Origin: an uncultured Bacteroidia bacterium
GTDB taxonomy: Bacteria; CAIWAD01; BS150m-G50
Direction of reading: 5' to 3'
Assembly: GCA_964517435.1 (NCBI GenBank)
Contig: CAZFEC010000010.1
Location: 4,371-68,370, forward strand
Length of the DNA: 64,000 nucleotides
Position numbers and translations under genes: made by a program. The notes under the pieces were generated by a model. The model worked only from the letters and a program-made list of their open reading frames with translations. It ran no database searches and had not been told where the DNA came from. This document shows positions 8,505-17,927 of this stretch, piece after piece (the stretch's first letter is position 1; each line of letters starts with the position of its first letter).

Positions 8505-11500
8505 GCGGCACCTCCTTTCACCTTCTCGATATCACAGAGGAAGGCTTTAAACTCCGGAATCATGGTGTTGGCGTCCCCCACATGCGGTGTCAGCACATTG
8601 GCGCTGTCGCCCTTGGCGATACCCTCCCAACCGAAATGCCAGACTACACCGATCTGGTGCACGGTGCGTCCGCTGATCTGGAAGGGACGGAAGCGGCGGG
8701 TAACCAGCGCATAAGCTTTGATGGAGCCGCGGGCGGTGGAAACCTTGACGCGGTCGCCGTTCTCCAGGCCCCGCTCGTGAGCCAGCTCCTTGCTGACCTC
8801 TACGAAGACATCCGGCATCAGCTCCGCCAGCCAGGGCAGGTTACGCGTCATGGCGCCCGCCTGCCAGTGCTCACTGACGCGGTAAGTAGTACCCACCAGT
8901 GGGTAGCGATCGTGCGTTCCGACCGGGTTGCCTTCCGGCACATCCCGGTGCCACAGCTTGATGGCGGGATTGACCTGCTGACTGGAGATGGGATGGCGCA
9001 GGGGGCTTTCGATCGGCTCGTAGTGCTCCGGCAGCGGTCCGTCGGCCAGGTTGGACGCCCACAGCCAGGCGTGGCCGTCCGGCTTCATGATGAAGGCATG
9101 CTTGGTGCCAGGTGCCCAGCCGCCGTCCGGTACGTCGCCTTCCCAGCCGCCCTTGCCGTTCTTCAGAGCGGGATTCCAGCGGATGACCCAGCGCTTGCGG
9201 TCCCAGGGCCTTCCCTGCAGATCCACGGAAGCGCGGTTGTAGATGATGCGGCGGTTCACCGGCCAGCACCAGGACCAATTGGGATAGAGCCCGATGTTGT
9301 TGATGGCGTCGGTGTCGTCGCGGCGGGCCATCTTGTTATCCTTCTTGTCCGGTCCGGTGTAGCTGTTGCAGTAGAGCCAGTTTCCGGAACAGGTGGAGCC
9401 GTCGTCCAGGAGATACGCGAAGGAAGGAACCTGGTCGCCCTTCTTGAAGCTCTTACCCTTGACGGTGGTGTTCTTCATGAAGTAACCGTTCACCTCCTTG
9501 GCCACCAGGTGGACATCCGGCTCGTGATGCAGGTCGATACCGGGGCCGTTGCCGTAATCCCACATCAGCTGGGTGATGGCTTCCGGCAGGGCGCCACCCT
9601 GTTCGTACTCTTTCTTGACGCTCTTGCAGAGCGCATCGATGATCCAGAGATCGGAACGGGATTCACCCTGTGGTTCGACCGCCATGTAGCGCCATTGCGC
9701 CCAGCGACCACTGTTGGTGATGCTGCCTTCCTTTTCCACCGAGGAGCAGGCCGGCAGCAGGAAGACCTCGGTCTGGATGGACTTCGGATCTACGCCAGGG
9801 CGCTTCCAGAAGGTGGAAGTCTCGGTCTGCCACAGGTCGACCGCTACCATCCAGTCCAGGTTGGCCAGGGCGTCACGCTCTTTCGTAGCGTTGGGTCCGC
9901 CCACTGCGGGGTTCTGTCCGAAGAGGAAGAGACCCTTGATACCGCCCGCGTGCATCTTCTCAAACAGGGAGATGTGCGAGCAGTTGGCGCTGCGTTTCGG
10001 GACGTAATTGTAAGCGAAGTCGTTCCGCTTGGTGGCGTGGTCACCGTACCAGGCTTTCAGCAGGGAGACGATGTACTTGGAGTAGTTGCCCCACCAGTTG
10101 GCCGATTTCGGATCGTTGGTCTTGGGTGTGTAGGCCTTGAGATAGGCGTCCAGGCTCTGATCCTTCTTGGCCGGCGATTTCAGGTAGCCGGGCAGGATGT
10201 GGAACAGCAGGCACATGTCGGTGGAACCCTGCACGTTGGATTCTCCGCGCAGCGCGTTCACGCCGCCGCCCGCCAGGCCGACATTGCCCAGCAGCAGCTG
10301 CAGCATGGCGTAGGTGCGGATGTTCTGCGTGCCGTGGGTGTGCTGGGTGGTGCCCATGGCGTAGAGCCAGGTACCGACGCGTCCCGGCGCCCAGGTGGAT
10401 GTGTAATTACGACAGATCCGTTCGTAAACCGATTTCGGTGCACCGGTGATGGAGCAGACCGTATCGACGTCGTAACGGCTGAAGTGCTTCTTCATCAGCT
10501 GGTAGACACAACGGGGATGCCTCAGGCTCTTGTCCTGCCGCGGATTGCCGTTGCCGTCCAGCTCGTAGGCCCACTTGGACTTGTCGTACTTGCGGTTCTT
10601 GGGATCGTAACCGGCGAAGAGACCGTCCGAGAAGCCGAACTTGGTGTTGATGACGAAGCTGGCGTTGGTGTAGTTAATTACATAATCACGCTGAATGAAG
10701 TCGTTCTGGAGGGCGTAGTTGATGATGCCGCCCACGAAGGCGATGTCGGTGCCGCTGCGGAACTGGCAGTAGACATCGGCGAACGAAGAAGTGCGTGTAT
10801 AACGAGGATCCGCGCTGAGGATCAGGGCACCCTTTTCCTTGGCTTTCATCAGCCACTTGGTGGCGATGGGGTGGTTCTCAGCGACGTTGGATCCGCACAC
10901 CATGACCACGTCGGCATTGATCATGTCGATCCAGTGGTTGGTCATGGCGCCGCGACCGAAGGTAGCCGCCAAACTGGCGACTGTCGAGCTGTGTCATATA
11001 CGCGCTTGGTGTTCGAGGTAGGTTATCCCCATGGCGCGGGTCAGCTTGGACAGGAGGTAGCATTCCTCGTTGTCCAGCGCGGCGCCGCCCAGACAGGCCA
11101 GTCCGTCGGCCCGGTTGACAACCTTACCATCTTTCTCCTTGGTGATGAAGGTTTCGTCGCGGGTTTTCTTGACGCGCTTGCCGATTTCGGCCAGCGCCCA
11201 CTCCCACGATTTCTCCTCCCAGTCAGCGCTGCCGGGAGCCCGGTATCTCACCTTCTGCAGGCGCCGCTCGTTGACGGCCACCTGGTAGAGGGACATACCC
11301 TTGGAGCAGAGGGATCCCTGGTTGATCGGATGATCGGGGTCCCCCTCGATGTTGATAATCTTCTTATCCTTCACCGAGACGATCAACCCGCACCCTACTG
11401 CGCAGTAGGGACAGATCGTAGTCGTCTCCTTAGCCTCCGCCGTTTTGAGGCGGTGACTAATCTTTGCCTGAACCTGGGTGGTGGGTGTCCCCAGGACAGC

Positions 11501-11563
11501 CAAGGCTGTTCCCAGGGCACTGGCACCGGTCCCGGTCAGGAAGCTTCGTCGTGATATTTTCAT
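8501..11563 (-). CDS. fdhA: Periplasmic formate dehydrogenase alpha subunit, selenocysteine-containing (in-frame UGA at 10994-10996)
   Basis: Track ORFs 10994..11563 and 8501..10972 are in one frame. Read through the TGA they give ...YLEHQARI-U-HSSTVASLAATFGRGAMTNHW, the Sec active-site context of FdnG/FdhA. Tat signal MKISRRSFLTGTGASALG. N-terminal FeS motif CPYCAVGCG. Confidence 0.9.
10950..10996 (-). promoter_or_regulatory. UGA(Sec) codon plus candidate bacterial SECIS hairpin
   Basis: The minus strand reads TGA CAC AGC TCG ACA GTCGCCA-GTT-TGGCGGC. This is a 7-bp stem (one G-U pair) with a GUU loop at 10965-10981, starting 12 nt after the UGA. Confidence 0.55.
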
Positions 11564-11615
11564 AAAGACCTCCGCTAGTAGATGCCAGAAATTCTATATG
11601 GTGATGTCGATTGGT

Positions 11616-12551
11616 TCATGCCTGTCCGCTCGCGGTTGTGACGGGAGTCCGCATGGTCAGCAGCGGTTCCTGGATGAAATTCTCCTCCCGGCCCAGCAGG
11701 TCCAGCACCGCTGTACCCATGTAGACCGTGTCGAACGGAAAATCCGCGGCCGGTTCCGCGTTGCGCACCTGCTTGAGGTAACGCCGGCAGACGCTGCAGG
11801 CCTGGATCTGATGATCGGGATTGCCCTCCGGGAAGAAGATGCGCAGCTGCTCCTGCTCCTCGTTGCCGCAGTAGACACACTGGATACGTTTGTAGTTCCA
11901 GCGGGTGTCGCAGTGGAGACACCAGAGCGTGCGCTTACCCTCTTCCGATTCCAGATGCGCCAGGCTGGGCCAGTGCCCGCAGACGGGACAGTAACCGCGG
12001 TTCCAGCTGGAGAGATCCTGTTGGCCGGTCAGCTCCGCGGCCAGTTTGGCGCGATAGGGCCGGGCCAGGTAGAGCGCGTAGTAGGTGAGGATGTTGGCGG
12101 AGAAACCCTGCCGGTCGCACAGCTGGTGGAGCTGACTGCCCTGGTTCTGCAGAACCTGATCCAGGCAGACAGCCAGGTTGTCATCCTCCCGAAGATAGTC
12201 GGTGATGGCCGCTACCTCCGTCTGTTCCTCCGGCAGATGCTCCGACAGCAGGGTATGCAGGTCCGCGAGTATCGTCTGCGAGGACTCAGCGGCGACGGGC
12301 GGAATGCCGGTCAGCAGGATGTGACCCTCGGTGAGGGCGGTGCCGGCGTCGGCAGGCGACTTGTGTACGGGGGGATCGGTGAACAGTTCCGCTTCCTGCC
12401 AGGTGGCGAACTGTTGGGCCAGGGCACTTCCGAATCCTTCCAGCTCGGTGATATCAGCTCGCACACTGGCAGCTGACGTGTCGGTCCTCTCTACCAATTG
12501 TATCTCCAATAAACATTCTGTGAGCAACCCACCGCCGGCAGCTAGAAGCAA
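11616..12551 (-). CDS. fdhE: Formate dehydrogenase accessory protein FdhE
   Basis: Paired CxxC motifs CPVCGHWP, CLHCDTRW, CVYCGN and CSVCRRYLK, with the spacing typical of FdhE. It lies immediately upstream of the fdh alpha gene on the same strand. Confidence 0.8.
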   Translation of the reverse strand: MLLAAGGGLLTECLLEIQLVERTDTSAASVRADITELEGFGSALAQQFATWQEAELFTDPPVHKSPADAGTALTEGHILLTGIPPVAAESSQTILADLHTLLSEHLPEEQTEVAAITDYLREDDNLAVCLDQVLQNQGSQLHQLCDRQGFSANILTYYALYLARPYRAKLAAELTGQQDLSSWNRGYCPVCGHWPSLAHLESEEGKRTLWCLHCDTRWNYKRIQCVYCGNEEQEQLRIFFPEGNPDHQIQACSVCRRYLKQVRNAEPAADFPFDTVYMGTAVLDLLGREENFIQEPLLTMRTPVTTASGQA

Positions 12552-12976
12552 GCATCCGACGGATTACGGCTTATTAAAAATCGTCCGATGATCGTCTTTG
12601 GAAAAGGCTATGGTAGGGGACGTGGCACACGCGTCCGGTGTGTAAGCGTAGAGTACTGTGGATGTAAATCTTCCGTACTTGCTGTTATGATTCACGTTCT
12701 GGCCAATAGCCTGCATTGTGTGTGTGACCATCATGATAGTTCCCAGCGCTGTTCCCCGCAACAAAATTCAAAAAAAGACAGGTTCATAAAATGAAGGGTT
12801 CAGTGTGTTTGCCGGCTCTATCCAATAACACCCCGAAGGGGTGTCACCTGGTAGCCTGGTCAGCGCAGCTGGCCAGGTCTCGTGGGGTTTAGCGCCGGAT
12901 TCAACTCCGACGATTGGAGAAAACCGATCTAATCACAATATTCAATTACACCACAACGTTTACCTGAGGCGGATCC

Positions 12977-13471
12977 ATGTTGAAACAACTTCTGATCGTC
13001 AACGGCGCCCCCGGCATCGGCAAGACGGCGGTTTGCCGCGAGCTGCTGCCGCGACTGGACCGCTGCGTCTGGCTGGACGGCGACTGGTGCTGGACCGCCC
13101 ACCCCTGGATCGTGACCGAGGAAACCAGGGCAATGGCGGAGCGTAACATGATCCACCTGCTGGACGGTTTTCTCGCCTGCTCCGAATACCGGCTGGTGCT
13201 TTTCTCCTGGATCTTCCGCAGCGATGCGCTGCTGGTGCGGCTCCTGGGCGGTCTGCGGGAAACCGGCTATCGCTTGCGGAAATTCACCCTGACCTGCGGG
13301 GAAGAGGCCTACCGGGAGCGGCTGCTGACAGCCGGCCGGTCGGAAAGTGAGATTGAAACTCACCTCGCCACGCAACGGGCTTGCGCGACGTTCGAAGCGG
13401 AACCGGTGGATACGACCGGCAGAACATTGGAAGAGGTGGCTAAAGCTTTGAGGTTCCAGATCGTCGGTTGA
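12977..13471 (+). CDS. Small P-loop NTPase / kinase-like protein
   Basis: Walker A motif NGAPGIGKT at residues 9-17. The 164-aa size fits small nucleotide or antibiotic kinase-like proteins. Substrate unknown. Confidence 0.55.
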   Translation: MLKQLLIVNGAPGIGKTAVCRELLPRLDRCVWLDGDWCWTAHPWIVTEETRAMAERNMIHLLDGFLACSEYRLVLFSWIFRSDALLVRLLGGLRETGYRLRKFTLTCGEEAYRERLLTAGRSESEIETHLATQRACATFEAEPVDTTGRTLEEVAKALRFQIVG

Positions 13472-13757
13472 CAGCTGAGCACGAGTATCTGCAGTACGAA
13501 GTATTGAGTGAGACGCCGGAGCGGCCCGGCAGCATGTGACATGGATCACAGTAAATACACTCAGACTTGTTATCTTCTCTCTAGCAAAGGGAAGCTTCGC
13601 CTGGAATCAACACAGGAGAGACTTAAACCAGTTTGAGCTCTCTCATTCCTGCATAAATCGATCATCTTCAACATAAATATGGCAGGAAATCCCTTCTCGC
13701 GGATTCCAAATGAATTGATAATGGCCTGTTCCAGACCGCCAGTATAGGAGTGTAATC

Positions 13758-15140
13758 ATGAGTGTTCGTTCAAGTCAGATGCAGTTGGCAATGACGCTGG
13801 CTGCCCTGTTGTTCTGCTCAAGCTGTTTCACCGGTTGTGCCGAAGACGATAGTGAAGTAAACGATCTCGACAGCGTTTTCTTTCATGGCAGCGTTGCGGA
13901 GATGGTGATTGCAGTCTTGAATGATGATAACAGCGAGATAAGCCGCGTCACAGTCAGTGAAAACCCGGGATCTTTTGATATCGCCTTGCCGATCGGCGAC
14001 AATTATCGACTCTACTTCATCGCCAATGACGGTATGACCAATATCGCCATCTGTCCACTCTACGATGGGGCGACAAATGTTTTCGTCATGGAAGAGGGCA
14101 TGATAATTGATCTCGGTCTGGTGGATACGTCGACCGGAATCGCGCTGGCCGCCAATAGTCCCCTCGATCAGGGGGCCGGAGATGGAGGCGAAAATACTGT
14201 TGTCCCGCTGGCATTTCAGCTGGCTGGTGGGTGGGAAGGGAACTCCATCGCTTCGATAGAGGAGGGTATTCCCTGGTGGATGCGTGGCTTTATCTCCTTT
14301 TATACGGATGGTGATTGTTTCGGCATCCTCGATGAGTACGACAGTGATCCGGATACGATCCGGTGTTCTGATATTAATGATTTTGCCCTGGAGGAGATCG
14401 CGGTAGATCTGGATCAAACCGTGACGACCCACTGTTCAACCTGGGGCGAGGGTTGGCCCGGATCCACGGAGCTGTCAGTCTCTCTCAGAATGGCGGAATC
14501 CTACCAGCAGGCGGATATGGAGGGAAATTGGACTTGCCACAGCCTGGCGGTGGGTGAGGGGGCGCCTTGGTGGGAGAGATTCAGCGGCACCATCGACGCG
14601 GAAGGTATTCTGGACGGCGAAGCGGTTGAGAGCAACGGCAATGTCAATCAGATTTCCGGCGCTTTTACCATGTCCGAAACCGGGATTATAACCAGCCCGG
14701 ACAGCCCGAGTTACCGGGCAGTCCTTGACTCGGGTCATACTGTATTCGTCGGTACAGGTAGCTGGAACAGCGGGCCACAGCCGACTACGGAAATGAAAAT
14801 CGGATTAAAGATGGGGAGTCTTTACTCTCTGGCGGATCTGACCGGCACCTGGAAGGGTAATGCTCTGGCATCAGGCGCGGTCTGGTGGGAACGCAGCCTC
14901 CTGATTGTCAACCCGGACGGTAGCTTTTCGGCGGAGATTGAGGACAACGACGGCGACACCGATGTTGTCAGCGGCACACTGCAGATCTCTGTAGAGGGGA
15001 TCATCACTATCGATGGCATCCCCGATTTTGAAGGGAGTCTGGATGCGGCCAAAACAGTGATGGTCTGGACCGACACCTGGACAACCGGCGATCCAGGCGT
15101 AGCTGAGCTGAAGGTGTTCGTGAAAGTGGCAGCCAATTAA
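13758..15140 (+). CDS. Lipoprotein of unknown function with three ~100-aa internal repeats
   Basis: Signal peptide with lipobox-like LLFCSSCFTGC. Repeated motif GGWEGNSIASIEEGIPWWMRG / GNWTCHSLAVGEGAPWWERF / GTWKGNALASGAVWWERS. Confidence 0.6.
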   Translation: MSVRSSQMQLAMTLAALLFCSSCFTGCAEDDSEVNDLDSVFFHGSVAEMVIAVLNDDNSEISRVTVSENPGSFDIALPIGDNYRLYFIANDGMTNIAICPLYDGATNVFVMEEGMIIDLGLVDTSTGIALAANSPLDQGAGDGGENTVVPLAFQLAGGWEGNSIASIEEGIPWWMRGFISFYTDGDCFGILDEYDSDPDTIRCSDINDFALEEIAVDLDQTVTTHCSTWGEGWPGSTELSVSLRMAESYQQADMEGNWTCHSLAVGEGAPWWERFSGTIDAEGILDGEAVESNGNVNQISGAFTMSETGIITSPDSPSYRAVLDSGHTVFVGTGSWNSGPQPTTEMKIGLKMGSLYSLADLTGTWKGNALASGAVWWERSLLIVNPDGSFSAEIEDNDGDTDVVSGTLQISVEGIITIDGIPDFEGSLDAAKTVMVWTDTWTTGDPGVAELKVFVKVAAN

Positions 15141-15160
15141 GACCCGGTTTTCAGTAGAGG

Positions 15161-15817
15161 ATGCCCATGCAGAGGCTATTCCTGCAGATCGTAATCTGTT
15201 TGTCAGCTGTTGGCGTGCTGGAACCGGCCTTGGCGCAATCCAGTTCCGCCTGGGAGATTGGAGTTTACGGCGGTCCGATCGCGGGAAAAGGTGGTTCCCA
15301 CACCAGCGAGGATGAGGTTGAAATCACCACTTCAATCGGCGACGGCTCCGGTGGTGGCTTAAATATCGGGTACAGTTTCGCGCCTGCGCTCACCTTGGTC
15401 ATGGACGCGGGATTATCTACCAATGACCATCTGGTTGATATGTTGGTTCTCTATTATGATGAGGGAAACAGCATTGAGGAAACAACTGAACTGTTCTTCC
15501 TGAACTGCAATGTTCTGGTAAGCCTCTGGCAGGATTCTCTCGCCCCCTTTATAACGGCAGGTGCCGGTTGGATCGCCTTCGTTGATGTCGCTTCACCAGC
15601 GCTGAACTTCGGTTGCGGGTTAACGTGGAGGATTTCAGAAAAGGTATCGCTGAGATTGCAGGCGCGCCAATATAGAACGGAACTGGACGGTTCGATCGCT
15701 CGGGTCTATACGGAGTATCAGTTCGGCGAAATCTACATCTGGGAGGAACAGATTCCCTTCAAGGACGATCTCCGCTTTCAGGAGCTGCGCGCTGAGCTGG
15801 TTATGCGGTTCCCCTGA
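15161..15817 (+). CDS. Putative outer-membrane beta-barrel protein
   Basis: Signal peptide ending ALAQ. Alternating hydrophobic strands and Gly-rich turns. Aromatic near the C-terminus (LVMRFP). Only 20 nt downstream of the lipoprotein gene. Confidence 0.5.
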   Translation: MPMQRLFLQIVICLSAVGVLEPALAQSSSAWEIGVYGGPIAGKGGSHTSEDEVEITTSIGDGSGGGLNIGYSFAPALTLVMDAGLSTNDHLVDMLVLYYDEGNSIEETTELFFLNCNVLVSLWQDSLAPFITAGAGWIAFVDVASPALNFGCGLTWRISEKVSLRLQARQYRTELDGSIARVYTEYQFGEIYIWEEQIPFKDDLRFQELRAELVMRFP

Positions 15818-15947
15818 TGCCGGCGGGAGCGGCGCGTGAACTGACATCCCGCAGGAATCGGTCCATATCCGGTGAGGGTGGCTAAGATGATCGCTGTCAT
15901 TGAAGAACAGGTAAACAACACAGCAGGTGATAAGATGTTGAGAATTT

Positions 15948-16646
15948 ATGCAGAGTAAGTCCACTTGCGGATCGGTCGTCATTCTCCTTTTCCTCTTCGC
16001 GCTTTACGGAACTGCTGAAGGAGTTGAGTATAAGTATGACGGCTCCGGTAAATGGCGACCAGGGTTTGGACTGGGTTATGCGTTCTTCGCGATGGTGGAT
16101 ACGGATTTGAACAAGGATTGGCCTAAAGAAGCAATTTACAGCTTCGTTTCCCCTGCCGGTATGGCTTTTCACCTCGAACTGACCCACTCCCTCATGTCGA
16201 ATCAACGTTTGTCGGCAGGCTATGGACTGGGGTATGCGCTGCTCAACACCCGTGAAACGGATACGAGCAACAGCTTAAGCATCTGGACGCCTGAAGGGCA
16301 GCGGAGCAGGTCCTCGGTTTCCGGCAGTATCATTACGCCGGCACTGCTGTTCAGGGCTAGGAAAAGGGTGCATGAACTGGAGATAAACCTGGGTGTCACC
16401 CTCGCTTTTCTGGAATCGGAGATAGCAAATCAACTAGACCAACCGCCAACGGTAACGCGGAACCGGAGTACTTCATTCGGGCTGACTATGGGGGGAGGTT
16501 ACAACCTGAATCTAGGCTCGCACTTCATCTGGCGAGTAATCCTCCTGGAGAGCAGGCTCTATTTTAACAATAATCTGGGATTGCCGGATTTCGGCTCGAT
16601 CTTCCTCATCCAGCGAATTGGCTCCGAACTCGTCATAGCTTTGTGA
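15948..16646 (+). CDS. Putative outer-membrane beta-barrel protein (second copy type)
   Basis: Signal-like N-terminus (VVILLFLFALYGTAEG) and beta-strand-like alternating pattern (GYGLGYALL, FGLTMGGGYNL). No recognisable catalytic motif. Confidence 0.4.
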   Translation: MQSKSTCGSVVILLFLFALYGTAEGVEYKYDGSGKWRPGFGLGYAFFAMVDTDLNKDWPKEAIYSFVSPAGMAFHLELTHSLMSNQRLSAGYGLGYALLNTRETDTSNSLSIWTPEGQRSRSSVSGSIITPALLFRARKRVHELEINLGVTLAFLESEIANQLDQPPTVTRNRSTSFGLTMGGGYNLNLGSHFIWRVILLESRLYFNNNLGLPDFGSIFLIQRIGSELVIAL

Positions 16647-16754
16647 TTCACAACTGGAAGAATAAGCCTCGAAAGATCTCATCAACCTCAGGATAGCCGA
16701 TTGCATCTCACTCCGCTTCTCCCTATTTTCCTTTAAGACTAAGTCGAGTGTGCG

Positions 16755-17489
16755 ATGAAGATCTATCACAGCATCATTCCATTAATGCTCCTTCTACTGA
16801 ACGCCGCTTGTACCGGCGCGCAACGTGACGCCGGCACCTGGTGGCAGAATGCGGCCGCGGACATGGTGGCTAAGCAGATCGAGGCGCGGGGTGTCGCCGA
16901 TACTCTGGTGTTGAAGACGATGCGGGAGACGCCGCGGCATCTCTTCGTGCCTCGCCACCTGCAGCGCAGCGCCTACAGCGACCGGCCGCTGCCCATCGGC
17001 GAGGGGCAGACCATCTCGCAACCCTATATCGTCGCGCTGATGACGGAGCTGCTGCAGCTGACCGGTGCGGAGCGGGTGCTCGAAATCGGGACCGGCTCCG
17101 GCTACCAGGCGGCGATACTGGCGCCGCTGGCGCGGGAGGTCTACACGATCGAGATCGTGGAGGTGCTGGCCGACAGTGCGACCGCCCGGCTGGCCCGCCT
17201 GGGTTACGACAATGTGACCGTGAAATGGGGGGACGGCTATCGCGGCTGGCCCCGCTACGCGCCGTTTGACCGGATCATCGTGACCGCCGCACCGGATGAG
17301 GTGCCGCCTGCCCTGGTCGAGCAACTGGCACCCGGCGGCATCCTGGTGCTGCCGGTGGGAGTTTATCATCAGCAGCTGCGGACCCTCACCAAGAACGCCG
17401 CCGGCGTGGTGACGGAGCGACCGGTCATCCCGGTCCGCTTCGTGCCGATGGTGCATCCGACCGAGGTGATTCCGGAAGAGAGGGAATGA
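16755..17489 (+). CDS. pcm: Protein-L-isoaspartate O-methyltransferase with signal-like N-terminus
   Basis: QTISQPYIVALMTELL and the SAM motif VLEIGTGSGYQAAILA, plus DRIIVTAA...GGILVLPVG. Confidence 0.9.
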   Translation: MKIYHSIIPLMLLLLNAACTGAQRDAGTWWQNAAADMVAKQIEARGVADTLVLKTMRETPRHLFVPRHLQRSAYSDRPLPIGEGQTISQPYIVALMTELLQLTGAERVLEIGTGSGYQAAILAPLAREVYTIEIVEVLADSATARLARLGYDNVTVKWGDGYRGWPRYAPFDRIIVTAAPDEVPPALVEQLAPGGILVLPVGVYHQQLRTLTKNAAGVVTERPVIPVRFVPMVHPTEVIPEERE

Positions 17490-17554
17490 TGACCAGATTG
17501 AAACGCATGTAGTTCTGGGGGAGCAGTCCGGATGATGACAACCTGGTTCAGGAA

Positions 17555-17875
17555 GTGCTGGAGGGCGCGAAGACGGCAACCGTCTGTAAGGCGGATGAGT
17601 ACGACCTGCCGGAAGGGGACTACGATGACGGCGGCTGGCAGGTGGGCGAGCTGGTTGAGGTTTATGACCTGCGCGGCAATCTGCGCTGTCTGGTCCGGAT
17701 AACGGATGTCTACCTGGTCCGGTTCGGCGATATTCCGGAACGGTTATGGAAGGCTGAGGTCTGCAAAAGCGCCGCGTACTTCCGCGAGGTCCATCGTGTC
17801 TGCTGGCCGGAGTACAACCTGACGGATAATTTTGAGATGATGGCCACCCATTTTGAGCTGGTGGAGGTCTGTTAG
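17555..17875 (+). CDS. ASCH-domain protein (annotated from GTG 17555; see the finding on in-frame TAG 17510-17512)
   Basis: LEGAKTATVCKA...GELVEVYD...FGDIPERLWKAE resembles ASCH (PUA-like) proteins. The same frame continues upstream as FWGSSPDDDNLVQEV to a TAG, and before that to ATG 17489. Confidence 0.6.
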   Translation: MLEGAKTATVCKADEYDLPEGDYDDGGWQVGELVEVYDLRGNLRCLVRITDVYLVRFGDIPERLWKAEVCKSAAYFREVHRVCWPEYNLTDNFEMMATHFELVEVC

Positions 17876-17927
17876 GCGGTCTCCAGAAGAGCGAGCGGTG
17901 CGCCTTCGTTTAGCACGTCATTCCCGC

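Noticed and set aside
10972-10996. Apparent truncation or frameshift splitting the FDH alpha gene into 189-aa and 823-aa ORFs
   Set aside because: It is not a pseudogene. Both parts are in the same frame, separated by a single TGA at the known selenocysteine position, with a downstream hairpin. See the Sec finding.
8582-11554. 990-aa ORF on the + strand covering the whole formate dehydrogenase alpha gene
   Set aside because: It is antisense to a gene with strong family motifs (Tat signal, FeS motif, Sec site). Its translation is low-complexity and rich in G/A/V/R/L, with no motif. Long antisense ORFs are expected in high-GC DNA. The same reasoning applies to 7021..7851.
12840-12925. tRNA-like stretch (GGATTCAACTCCG resembling a T-loop)
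   Set aside because: The flanking bases do not form a T-stem (GCCGG versus TCCGAC). No acceptor or anticodon stems could be drawn.
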